Of a stretch of DNA of 42,298 bases, positions 8,569 through 16,309 are shown one piece after another. The stretch's first letter is position 1; each line of letters begins with the position of its first letter. Source of the DNA: Acidobacteriota bacterium (GTDB lineage: Bacteria; Acidobacteriota; Thermoanaerobaculia; Multivoradales; JAHZIX01); NCBI GenBank assembly GCA_020439725.1, contig JAGQSE010000170.1, positions 1 through 42,298 on the forward strand, in the 5' to 3' direction. Position numbers and translations under genes: made by a program. Under the pieces are notes generated by a model that saw only the letters and a list, made by a program, of their open reading frames with translations, made no database searches and had not been told where the DNA came from.

Positions 8569-8814
8569 TCAGAGCGCTTGTAAGTGGTTGAAGGAAAGAC
8601 ACTTATTGAGTTCAAGTTTTTTCTGAGGGTGGTTCTGAGCCCGCACCAGAACAGCTGCTCGGTTGAACTCAACCGACAGATCGGCTGTCTGGTCTCGTTC
8701 CAAGCCTTCGAATTGGCCGCTTCGAGTGCGGCTGGTGGCTGGCGGGGAGGTGGAGGAACCGAGAGGAAAGGGAGAGCCTGCCGCAGGCCGACTCCCCATT
8801 CGATGTCAGCGGCT

Positions 8815-9462
8815 TCACGCCGCCCCAAACTGGCGCAGGCGCTTCTCCGCCACGGCGCAGTAGCCGGCGTCAAGCTCGACGCCGACGAAGCGGCGGCCCT
8901 GCTGGAGAGCTGCCGCTCCCGTCGAGCCGGAACCCATGAACGGGTCGAGGACCAGGTCGCCCGGGTCGGAAAAGGCGGCAATCAGCGGCTCGAGTGCAGA
9001 GACGGGCTTCTGCGTCGGGTGCAGCCGGTTGCCGGTGTAGCTCCACGGCAGCACGTCGTTGAGCAGCACCGTGGGTCGCCGCGGATGACGCTTCGCCAGC
9101 AGGTAGGCGCACTCGTGGGTAGCGCGCACGAGCCTACGCGAGGAGGCGTAGCTCTTCGCCCAGACGAAGTGCCCGACTGGAAAGAGCCCGCAGCGGCGCC
9201 ATGCCGCGAGGAACTGGTCGGCGCGGTTCCAACCGTAGAACGAGATGCAGTAGCCGTCCGGCTTGAGCACGCGGGCGATCTGCCGGAATGCCGGCTCGAT
9301 CCAGTCCGCGGCGTTGTCGTTGGCGATGCGCCGTCCGGTTCGGTCGCGGTAGTTGACGACATAGGGCGGGTCTGTGATCACCAGATCCACGCGCTCGGGC
9401 CGAGCGCCCCGCAAGACGTCGATGCAGTCGCCGTTGATGAGCCTGAAGAGTGAAGAGGTCAT
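8815..9462 (-). CDS. orphan N6-adenine/N4-cytosine DNA methyltransferase (N6_N4_Mtase, beta class)
   Basis: Catalytic DPPY is in LVITDPPYVV. HPTQKP and the AdoMet motif LDPFMGSGSTG lie near the C-terminus. The start is placed at MTSSLFRLINGDC (ATG 9462), because the longer ORF extension overlaps the DUF736-like gene and a terminator. No restriction endonuclease gene is adjacent. Confidence 0.9.
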   Translation of the reverse strand: MTSSLFRLINGDCIDVLRGARPERVDLVITDPPYVVNYRDRTGRRIANDNAADWIEPAFRQIARVLKPDGYCISFYGWNRADQFLAAWRRCGLFPVGHFVWAKSYASSRRLVRATHECAYLLAKRHPRRPTVLLNDVLPWSYTGNRLHPTQKPVSALEPLIAAFSDPGDLVLDPFMGSGSTGAAALQQGRRFVGVELDAGYCAVAEKRLRQFGAA

Positions 9463-9473
9463 GGGAAGTGAGT

Positions 9474-9509
9474 AAAAAAAGAGCCCGGCACCGCTCCTGT
9501 GGTACCGGG
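9474..9509 (-). terminator. Rho-independent terminator after the DUF736-like gene
   Basis: On the minus strand, CCCGGUACC-ACAGGAGC-GGUGCCGGG forms a 9-bp stem (one G-U pair) with an 8-nt loop. It is followed by CUC and U7 (plus-strand A7 at 9474-9480). The stem starts 9 nt after the stop codon at 9518-9520. Confidence 0.7.
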
Positions 9510-9517
9510 CAAGGGCT

Positions 9518-9721
9518 CTACCGTCGGGGAGCCTGTGTCCGCTTGGCGCCAGGCCGTTGGCGCGGCTCAGCCAGGATGAAGCGGCCATCCGGAGGTAGCA
9601 GGTCCAGAGCGACGGAAAGGCCTTGGCCGCTCTTGGTGTTCCAGGCGGCACCGATCTTGGTCCAATAGCCGTCCTTCACGTGGAAGGCATGGAAGACCGG
9701 AGAGTTCTCATGAGGAGTCAT
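9518..9721 (-). CDS. small DUF736-like protein
   Basis: 67 aa. The sequence KIGAAWNTKSGQGLSVALDLLPP resembles the conserved (F/I)GAAWKKTS...YLSVKLDDPSF core of DUF736 proteins found on ICEs and plasmids. It is shorter than typical family members. Confidence 0.5.
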   Translation of the reverse strand: MTPHENSPVFHAFHVKDGYWTKIGAAWNTKSGQGLSVALDLLPPDGRFILAEPRQRPGAKRTQAPRR

Positions 9722-10049
9722 GGGAAAAGGGGATAAGAGGATAGGAAAAATGCCGACCGAGAGAATCCCTCTCGCTCAGCGCTTCCCTTCCAGCAGACAG
9801 AGGGTCTCCCGCGGGTCAAGGAGGAGTCGCCGGAAAGCCAGCGGAATAGCCCCGGCGACAGAGCCGCCGGATTCCGGCTCCGGATGTCTCCTCCCGCTGA
9901 TGCTCCAGGAAACCGGCCTGCTCTTCCGGGGATCTGCGCTGCGGCGGTGAAGCTCCTTGAGGCGCGGGAGATGTCTGCTCTCCTGGGAAGAAGCGAGCGT
10001 CCCCCTCTCTGGGGTTGTTCCCCGGCAGTTCGAGCCCGCACCGCGAGCC

Positions 10050-10126
10050 CTGAGCACAACACTGCATTGTGCTCAGTTCGATCCCGACTCGTCGGGAGAA
10101 CAACTGTGCACAATGGCCGGTTGTGC
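10050..10126. repeat. two copies of a GCACAA-N7-TTGTGC palindrome plus an intervening hairpin
   Basis: CTGAGCACAA-cactgca-TTGTGCTCAG (10050-10076) is a 10-bp perfect stem. TCCCGAC-tc-GTCGGGA lies at 10082-10097. GCACAA-tggccgg-TTGTGC lies at 10108-10126. Confidence 0.5.
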
Positions 10127-10248
10127 CAGGAGAACTGCTTCCTTCTGCTTGAAATCTTTCGATGTGCTCGCGCTTTTATCCCGACGATCGAGAACGTCAG
10201 GCGCGGGAAGTGGGGCTGCGCGCAGAGGGGATCTGGCCGAGGTGCCGC

Positions 10249-10410
10249 TTAGTGGGTGGACAGCAGATCTCTCAGGAGGATGAGGTGTTCCATCGCTAGC
10301 TGCCGGATCTCGGCATCAGTCAGGCTGAGCTCTTTGCCGTGCTCCAGCACCATCAGTGCTACCTGAAGATTCTCTCGAAGGTCAGCAATTTCTGGGGGTG
10401 AAAATTCCAT
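10249..10410 (-). CDS. small hypothetical helical protein (53 aa; below the ORF-track cutoff)
   Basis: The ORF runs ATG 10410 to TAA 10249 and translates to MEFSPPEIADLRENLQVALMVLEHGKELSLTDAEIRQLAMEHLILLRDLLSTH. Its composition looks protein-like, but there is no obvious SD. Confidence 0.3.
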   Translation of the reverse strand: MEFSPPEIADLRENLQVALMVLEHGKELSLTDAEIRQLAMEHLILLRDLLSTH

Positions 10411-10417
10411 ACAAGGT

Positions 10418-10544
10418 GGGGCGATCGACCGATCCAGCTAACCCACCCAATCGAACCAGGGTCCAGACAGGATGGTGGAAGCGGTAATCGCCCCACGAAG
10501 CAATCCTGTCGGGAAGGTTTGAGTGAGATAGATGGTGGGTTAGC
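10418..10544. ncRNA. candidate structured RNA or DNA element (nested plus pseudoknot-compatible inverted repeats)
   Basis: Pair B is GCTAACCCACC 10437-10447 with GGTGGGTTAGC 10534-10544 (11 bp). Pair C is GACAGGAT 10466-10473 with ATCCTGTC 10503-10510 (8 bp, nested in B). Pair A is GGGGCGAT 10418-10425 with ATCGCCCC 10487-10494 (8 bp, crossing B and C). It sits in a divergent intergenic region, and the strand is undetermined. Confidence 0.3.
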
Positions 10545-10901
10545 AATAATGATGCTAGCGGAGCAGGAGTCCGCAGTAAAGGCGATTTTTTATTGCGCGA
10601 ATGGGCATGGTTGCCTTGTTGAGGGTTTCGAGTGCGTGCTTCGGAGTGTGGTAGTCTTAGAGAGTATGTGTGTTCATCCATGAGTCTTGGGGGTGGGAGC
10701 CTTCGATGATGTCTTGCAACCGCTCCAGGGGCCCGAGCCGCCATTTGGCTTGGTGGTTTTCGACCGCTGAGAACGGGGCGGTAGGTTCCATGCCGAGCTA
10801 GTCCAGGTACGGCCCAGGAACCCTAGGGGCTGGAGCGGAGTCCAACTCAACGATTGGGCACCGTGGTCCGTAGACCCAGAAAGAGCCGGGAGGTGCGATT
10901 G

Positions 10902-13900
10902 ATGGTCGGACGAGAGGGAAGGGCTGCATCGGCCCGCTGGATCGAATACCTCGGAGCGTGCGCAATGGTCTTGATGGCTGTGTCGGATGCTCCAGCCGCC
11001 GCAAGCCCTCCACAAAGTTCTCCTTCGGTTGCTACTCAAGGTCAACCGGCGACCGAAGGGGGAACGCCGATCTTCTCGGATGGCTTCGAGAGCGGAGACT
11101 ACTTCGCTTGGTCCCAAGCAGTCTTCGATACGGCCGACGAGACTCCGCCCAGTCTCGCCATCACGGCACCGGCGCCGCCGATCCTTTTCAACGAGCACCT
11201 CGTTACGATCGAGTTGGTCTATTCCGACGATGACTCTGGGATCGCTCAGAACAGCCTGGCGGTGGGGTTGGATGGCGTGCCGATCACCAGCGGTTGCGCG
11301 GTTCAAGCCGGTGCGGCGAGCTGCGAGAGCTTCTACCTCGATGAGGGAGCTCACGGGATCACGGCGTCGATCTGGGATCAAGCCGGCCACCGGACAGATG
11401 CCAGCCGCTTTCTGACGATCGTCCTGGATACGACTCCGCCAGAGATCCTCCTCACCTCACCTCCAGAAGAGAATGCGCTGGTCGCGACTCCTACGCTTCT
11501 GGTGACCGGAACGGTGTCGGACGGGGATCAAGTCGCCGAGGTCCTGGTCAGCGCAGAGCCGCTTCCCCTCACCGAGGACGCCCCCTCGGCGCAGCGGGTC
11601 ACGAGGCCGGTCGAGGGGCGCATCGAAGGGGATGCCTTCTCCGCCGAAGTATCGCTGGGAGAAGGTCTGAACCTGGTTGTCGTGCAGGCTCTCGACCGGG
11701 CCGGAAACGAAGCCGTCGTCTCACGCTTCGCAGTACGGGACTCCACGGTTCCCACCCTCGAGATCGAGTCTCCGGAGGGTGGTGCAGTGGTCAACGCGGC
11801 TCAGGTTCTCGTTTCGGGCCAGGCGTTCGACGATGCGCATGAAGTCACGGTCTCCGTCAACGGCATGCCGGTGCCTCTGGACCTGCGGTCCTTCTCCACG
11901 ACGGTACCTTTGACCGAGGGGGCGAACGCCGTCCTCGTCGAAGCAATCGACGAAGCGGGAAATACGGCCTCCGAGACCGTTCAAGTCGAGCGCGTGACCG
12001 TACCCACTCTTACGATCACGAGCCCGGCCTATGGCGCTCGGATCGAGGCGGCCGCGGTGGAGGTGTTGGGGACTGTTTCCGAGCCCATCGCGAGTGTGCG
12101 CGTGAACGGAGTCGCAGCGACGGTAGGTGCAGGGACCTTCCAGGCGACGATTCCGGTCAACCCTGGCGGAACCTTGATCGCCGCGGTCGCGACGAACCCC
12201 TCGGGAGCCCAGGCGACGGTCAAGACCAAGGTCTACCGAGATCTGAGCGCACCTCGGGTCGCGGTCACGTCGCCGGTTGACGGCAGCGTCGTCCATCAGG
12301 GAACGATTCCCGTGGTGGGCTTGGTCAACGACATCGTGCCTGGCACCGTCGACGCCGTCGATGCCAATGTCTGGGTCAACGGTCAGCCGGCGCAGGTCGC
12401 GAACCGATCATTCCTGCTCCCCAGCCTGGCGCTCTCCCCCGGCAGCAACGACATCACGGTTTCCGCCGAGGACGTTGCCGGGAATCTCGGTAGCGAAACG
12501 GTCACGGTCCACTACGAGCCGATCGTTGGCGCCCGCATCGAGCCGGTCTCCGGGAGCCTTCAGAGCGCGGTCATCGAGGCGCCACTGGCGGCTCCACTGG
12601 TGGTTCGCGTCTTGGATGACGGCGACCAGCCCGCTCAAGGCGTCGTCGTGGTGTTTCGCGTGGTGCAGGGCAACGGCAGCGTTGGGGGCGGAACGCGAAC
12701 GGTTCCTGTCCTGACCGATGCGAACGGCGAAGCGGCAACCTCCTTCCGGCTGGGAACACGCGCGGGAGTCGGCAACCAGCGGGTCCTCGCCGAGGCTGCC
12801 GGCTACTCGGGCCGCGTCGAGTTCCTGGCGACGGCGCTCCCGGGGCCTCCGGCCTACATCCACGTGGATGCCGGTGGACAGCAGCGAGGCGCCGCTCTTC
12901 AGCTGCTGCCGGATCCCATGGCCGTGGTCGTTACGGATGCCGGCTTCAACCGTCTTCCCGGTGTCGCGGTCGAATACCAGGTGGCACAGGGCCAAGCGGT
13001 GTTTGAGGAGACGGTGGCGCAGACGCTGTCCAGCACCACGGACCCGGACGGTAGAGCCGTTGCGCGGCTCCGCTTGGGAGCTGAGGAGGGGCCAGCAAAC
13101 ACTGTGGTCGAAGTGGGGCTGCCAGGCGATTCGACCGTTCGTTCGGCTACCTTCGTCGCTTCGACCTTCGCGGCCGGCGACCCCGCTTTGACCCGGATCT
13201 CGGGCCTGGTCCTCGACAACGCGAGTCAGCCGATTCCTGGAGTCACTCTCAGCCTGGCGGGGACAAGCTTGACCACTCAGTCGGATGCGGACGGTCTCTT
13301 CAGCCTGGCGGGGGTTCCGGTGGGAACATTCCATCTCGAGGCAGATGGCAGCACGGCAACACGGGCGGGCATCTGGCCGCACCTGGAGTTCGAGATCACG
13401 ACCATCGCGGGCCGGGACAATTCGTTGGGCATGCCGATCTACCTTCTTCCCCTCGACATCGAGCGAGGCCTAGCGGTGACCGCGACCGAAGGTGGCACGC
13501 TGACGCTTCCCGAGCTTCCTGGATTCTCTCTGACCGTCGAGCCGGGCTCGGTGACCTTCCCGGGCGGTACGCAAGAAGGAACGGTCAGCGCCACCCTCGT
13601 GCATGGCGACAAGGTGCCGGACGTGCCCAACTTCGGTCAGCAACCGACCTTCCTGCTGACGATACAGCCCGCAGGCGCGGTCTTTGATCCGCCGGCAAGG
13701 CTGTCGATGCCGAACGTGGATGCGCTGTCTCCGGGAACGGTGACGGAGCTCTACTCCTTCGACCACGACCTGGGTTCGTTCGTGAGCATCGGTCCTGGGA
13801 CGGTGAGCGACGACGGAACCATGGTGGTGTCGGATCCCGGGGTGGGAATCGTGAAGGCCGGCTGGCACTGCGGCGGCAACCCGACGCCGACCGGTACGCC

Positions 13901-15197
13901 GCATGATTGTCCCCAGTGCAAGGTGTGCAACGGCAGCCGGTGTGTGCCGGGGTGTGATTTGGCAATGATCGACGGGGCCGGTACCGCTGAAGCCTTCCCC
14001 ACGCTCCCGGAAGGTGCTACGTGCAACTGTGACGACGGCGATGCTTGTACGGTGGAGGATAGCTGCCAAGCGGGTTCTTGCCGAGGGGACCAAAGGCAAA
14101 TTGTCTCGGTGATTGCGAGTGCGGATGGAGCGCCAACGGCCGATGTCGGAGTAAATCGCTCCGTGAGCTTTGAGGTCTCTGTGCTGGAACATCACTGCGA
14201 GGAGCCTCAGCGGACCTACCGTTGGGCGTTTGGGGATGGGGCAACAGCAGCCGTTTCAAGTCCACTCCATGCATACGATACTCCAGGCGCCTACGCTTAC
14301 AACGTGAGGGTTGATTGTGCGGGGGGATGTAGTAGCAAGTCTTCGAGCGGTACTGTAATCGTACGGTGTCCGACAGTGACAATCACTCATACCGACCCGG
14401 ATATCAGTGTGCTTTGCCCAGCTTGCTCGATGGATCTCTTTGCTGAAGCAGATCCGCCGACGGTTCCTGTCCGGTGGAGGATACCTCCAGGCCGGGACCT
14501 CGGCGGTGCGGCAACGGTTCAGGATCTTGGTGGAGGAGTGGCTCGGTTGAGGTCGAGCGACCCAGGAATGGTGGGAGAAGCTCTTGTGGAGGCTTATCTT
14601 GAAGGCTCGGAACAGTCCTGTGAGAGTGCGGTGGACTCTACTGAGATCACCATCTTCTCACCCGGGGATGAGCCGCCTGTAACGATGCTCGGGCTAAACC
14701 CTAGAGAGCTGGAAGAGGCTGCAAGTTACTTCAATACGTATTTTCCACCTTTTCCGTTAAGCTTTGATCGGATAGCGTGCCTTCGTAGGATGGTGGGCAT
14801 CAAGGCAGAGGCGAAGAGGGTGGCCTTTGACGAAGTATTTGACGCAAATTCCTGTGCGCTAGGGATTGAAGATGGCGACATTCTCAATGCCTACCTGCAT
14901 GGCTATGTTAGCTGCGTCACGGCTTCGGTTTGCGGTCAAGAGTTCGCGAAAGATTTCTGGGACGCGCACGAGGAGTACGTCGGGAATGACTGCCTAGATG
15001 CCTACGTAGATCTTCACAACAATGCGGCCGGGCGGGCCGTGGCAATGGACGGAGATCCAGCTGCGTGCCGGTTGAGCGTCAAACAGGCAGTGCAGGGTGG
15101 TGATTTTCGCTGGCGATCCGATCCAAGTAATCCCAATTGCGCGGATCCGCTCGAAGAAGACGCTCAGCCCTACGATGCGTGCTTCAACCCGCTGTGA
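10902..15197 (+). CDS. giant secreted multi-domain surface protein (about 1431 aa) with a toxin-like C-terminal domain
   Basis: GGGAGG lies 8 nt before ATG 10902. The N-terminal motif is FSDGFESGDYFAWS. There are about 5 tandem Ig-like modules (pattern SP..G..V....V.V.G......V.VNG........F...V.L.EG.N...V.A.D.AGN) and two Big_1-like modules. A CarboxypepD_reg-like segment reads ISGLVLDNASQPIPGVTLSLAG...DADGLFSLAGVPVG. A Cys-rich CDDGDACTVEDSCQAGSC repeat and a PKD-like segment (WAFGDGA...HAYDTPGAY) follow. The C-terminal 175 aa carry NAYLHGY...AHEEY...VDLHNNAAGR. Confidence 0.85.
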   Translation: MVGREGRAASARWIEYLGACAMVLMAVSDAPAAASPPQSSPSVATQGQPATEGGTPIFSDGFESGDYFAWSQAVFDTADETPPSLAITAPAPPILFNEHLVTIELVYSDDDSGIAQNSLAVGLDGVPITSGCAVQAGAASCESFYLDEGAHGITASIWDQAGHRTDASRFLTIVLDTTPPEILLTSPPEENALVATPTLLVTGTVSDGDQVAEVLVSAEPLPLTEDAPSAQRVTRPVEGRIEGDAFSAEVSLGEGLNLVVVQALDRAGNEAVVSRFAVRDSTVPTLEIESPEGGAVVNAAQVLVSGQAFDDAHEVTVSVNGMPVPLDLRSFSTTVPLTEGANAVLVEAIDEAGNTASETVQVERVTVPTLTITSPAYGARIEAAAVEVLGTVSEPIASVRVNGVAATVGAGTFQATIPVNPGGTLIAAVATNPSGAQATVKTKVYRDLSAPRVAVTSPVDGSVVHQGTIPVVGLVNDIVPGTVDAVDANVWVNGQPAQVANRSFLLPSLALSPGSNDITVSAEDVAGNLGSETVTVHYEPIVGARIEPVSGSLQSAVIEAPLAAPLVVRVLDDGDQPAQGVVVVFRVVQGNGSVGGGTRTVPVLTDANGEAATSFRLGTRAGVGNQRVLAEAAGYSGRVEFLATALPGPPAYIHVDAGGQQRGAALQLLPDPMAVVVTDAGFNRLPGVAVEYQVAQGQAVFEETVAQTLSSTTDPDGRAVARLRLGAEEGPANTVVEVGLPGDSTVRSATFVASTFAAGDPALTRISGLVLDNASQPIPGVTLSLAGTSLTTQSDADGLFSLAGVPVGTFHLEADGSTATRAGIWPHLEFEITTIAGRDNSLGMPIYLLPLDIERGLAVTATEGGTLTLPELPGFSLTVEPGSVTFPGGTQEGTVSATLVHGDKVPDVPNFGQQPTFLLTIQPAGAVFDPPARLSMPNVDALSPGTVTELYSFDHDLGSFVSIGPGTVSDDGTMVVSDPGVGIVKAGWHCGGNPTPTGTPHDCPQCKVCNGSRCVPGCDLAMIDGAGTAEAFPTLPEGATCNCDDGDACTVEDSCQAGSCRGDQRQIVSVIASADGAPTADVGVNRSVSFEVSVLEHHCEEPQRTYRWAFGDGATAAVSSPLHAYDTPGAYAYNVRVDCAGGCSSKSSSGTVIVRCPTVTITHTDPDISVLCPACSMDLFAEADPPTVPVRWRIPPGRDLGGAATVQDLGGGVARLRSSDPGMVGEALVEAYLEGSEQSCESAVDSTEITIFSPGDEPPVTMLGLNPRELEEAASYFNTYFPPFPLSFDRIACLRRMVGIKAEAKRVAFDEVFDANSCALGIEDGDILNAYLHGYVSCVTASVCGQEFAKDFWDAHEEYVGNDCLDAYVDLHNNAAGRAVAMDGDPAACRLSVKQAVQGGDFRWRSDPSNPNCADPLEEDAQPYDACFNPL

Positions 15198-15203
15198 GGT
15201 AGC

Positions 15204-15740
15204 TTGATGAAGAACATTCTGTTGATTCTGTTGTTCAGTTGCTTGGGGTGCGGCATGGTTTCAACCCTGCCCGCTAGCGGTGGATCTGCCGGGGTTGGCG
15301 ATGCTCGAGCTTTCGGTCGCTGGAGTACCACTGAGGTGATGGGCGCTCCCGTTACGAACCCCACTCAGATCGAGGTGACCGACACTGGGGAGAGATCGGT
15401 CCAGCTGGATGTCACGGCCAGTGGTGAGACTTCGGTGATTTCGGGAGTTTATATCTCTATTGGATCGCTTCAGGTTCTGTCTGTCCAGAATGACCAGGAC
15501 AGTTGGAACATTCTTTTTCTAGAATTTAGTGCCGATGGTCAGGTGCTGACTGTGCGAGCCATGGACGTAGATGTAGTTCGCACTGCGGTGGAAGAGGGGC
15601 AGCTAGTCGGGGAAGTGATTCTTCCTGATACTAGCGAGATGCTGATCTCTGTGGGGGCCGCGTCGCCGGAATTGGTTGATTTTATAGCTGCGACACCGAC
15701 GGCTGTTGGCACTGTCGTCGGAATCCTCAGCAAGGAATAG
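15204..15740 (+). CDS. small lipoprotein (178 aa), candidate cognate or immunity partner of the upstream C-terminal domain
   Basis: The N-terminus is MMKNILLILLFSCLGCGMVS, a signal peptide with lipobox-like Cys. The gene starts 7 nt after the giant ORF's stop. The immunity role is inference only. Confidence 0.65.
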   Translation: MMKNILLILLFSCLGCGMVSTLPASGGSAGVGDARAFGRWSTTEVMGAPVTNPTQIEVTDTGERSVQLDVTASGETSVISGVYISIGSLQVLSVQNDQDSWNILFLEFSADGQVLTVRAMDVDVVRTAVEEGQLVGEVILPDTSEMLISVGAASPELVDFIAATPTAVGTVVGILSKE

Positions 15741-15753
15741 GGTTGGTGGCTAA

Positions 15754-16248
15754 GTGCGAAGATGGGCGATGGTGTCGTTGGCGCTTCTGTTTCTCCTGGC
15801 GATTCTGGCTGTCCTTCTGACAGTAAGGCGATACCCTTCAAGGGAGATCGTTCGCATGTCGGAGGCGAGATGGGACCTGGCGAGAATCTGGGAGGACTGG
15901 GCCCAGACTCAGGATAAGACTTACCAGGAGGTTCTAGATCGCCGTAAGGGTGGCGTAGATCTGTCGACTCTTCGTTTGCCGGACGAATGGCTGCCGATTG
16001 ACGATCTTCGGTCGGAGGTGTCAGCTGGCCTTTGGGACTCAACTCCTCGTATAGATCCATGGGGCACGCCCTATCAGTTTCAGCATGTGAAGGGCGGACT
16101 TGCCGTCCGGAGTGCTGGAAAGGATCGAAGCTTTGAGCAGGGCGAGTACCGAGAAGGTGGATTCCCTTTTGATGACACCGAAGCCGACCTTGTTTTCGTC
16201 TCGGGGAAGTGGCTTAGATGGCCCGTCTTCCCAAAGTCGGATGACTGA
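15754..16248 (+). CDS. type II secretion GspG-like (pseudopilin C-terminal domain) membrane protein
   Basis: The N-terminal TM is WAMVSLALLFLLAILAVLLTV. IDPWGTPYQFQHVKGGLAVRSAGKDRSF matches the DPWG.PY...S.GKDG signature of T2SS G-type pseudopilins. The canonical prepilin GFTL(I/L)E cleavage motif is absent. Confidence 0.6.
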   Translation: MRRWAMVSLALLFLLAILAVLLTVRRYPSREIVRMSEARWDLARIWEDWAQTQDKTYQEVLDRRKGGVDLSTLRLPDEWLPIDDLRSEVSAGLWDSTPRIDPWGTPYQFQHVKGGLAVRSAGKDRSFEQGEYREGGFPFDDTEADLVFVSGKWLRWPVFPKSDD

Positions 16249-16309
16249 TTCGAGTCCCTGCTACGGGGCAGAGGGGATTGGCGAAGCGCATGACTCCGAA
16301 TCGTGACGG

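Noticed and set aside
8584-9453. 289-aa plus-strand ORF overlapping the methyltransferase gene
   Set aside because: It is antisense to a CDS with unambiguous DPPY and FxGxG motifs. The translation is low-complexity (R/A/G/V) and has no start context.
9463-9651. N-terminal 63-codon extension of the methyltransferase ORF (track start 9651)
   Set aside because: The extension overlaps the DUF736-like gene and runs through the hairpin/U7 terminator. Methyltransferase homology-type sequence only begins at MTSSLFRLINGDC.
10021-10097. Two GTTCGA(G/T)CCCG strings resembling tRNA T-loops (possible tRNA, tmRNA or tRNA-derived att fragments)
   Set aside because: The flanking bases do not form T-stems (CTCAG/CCGAC and GGCAG/CCGCA are not complementary). 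No acceptor or anticodon arms can be drawn.
9718-10283. Several overlapping 76-131-aa ORFs on both strands in the 9.7-10.3 kb region
   Set aside because: All translate to Arg/Pro/Ser/Gly-rich sequences with no hydrophobic periodicity or motifs, and they overlap one another. The region is treated as non-coding and structured instead.
10841-10864. Degenerate copy of the tRNA 3' end (tccaactcaacgattgggcaccgt versus ttcaattccgcccctgggcaccat; 16 of 24 identical, with core TGGGCACC), which would make 24-10864 a discrete element with an attR
   Set aside because: An 8-mer core match is expected by chance about once in 84 kb of two-strand sequence, and the flanking identity is weak. I do not consider it evidence without comparative data. 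It is worth re-checking if an empty site becomes available.
10382-11390. Minus-strand ORFs 10382-10744 (120 aa) and 10674-11390 (238 aa)
   Set aside because: The translations are junk-like. The second is antisense to the N-terminus of the giant protein, and the first spans the structured intergenic region.
12408-13382. 324-aa minus-strand ORF inside the first giant gene. The same class includes 11721-12296 and 13470-14195.
   Set aside because: These are shadow ORFs of the Ig-repeat coding strand. Their composition is Arg/Gly/Asp-rich with no domain signatures.
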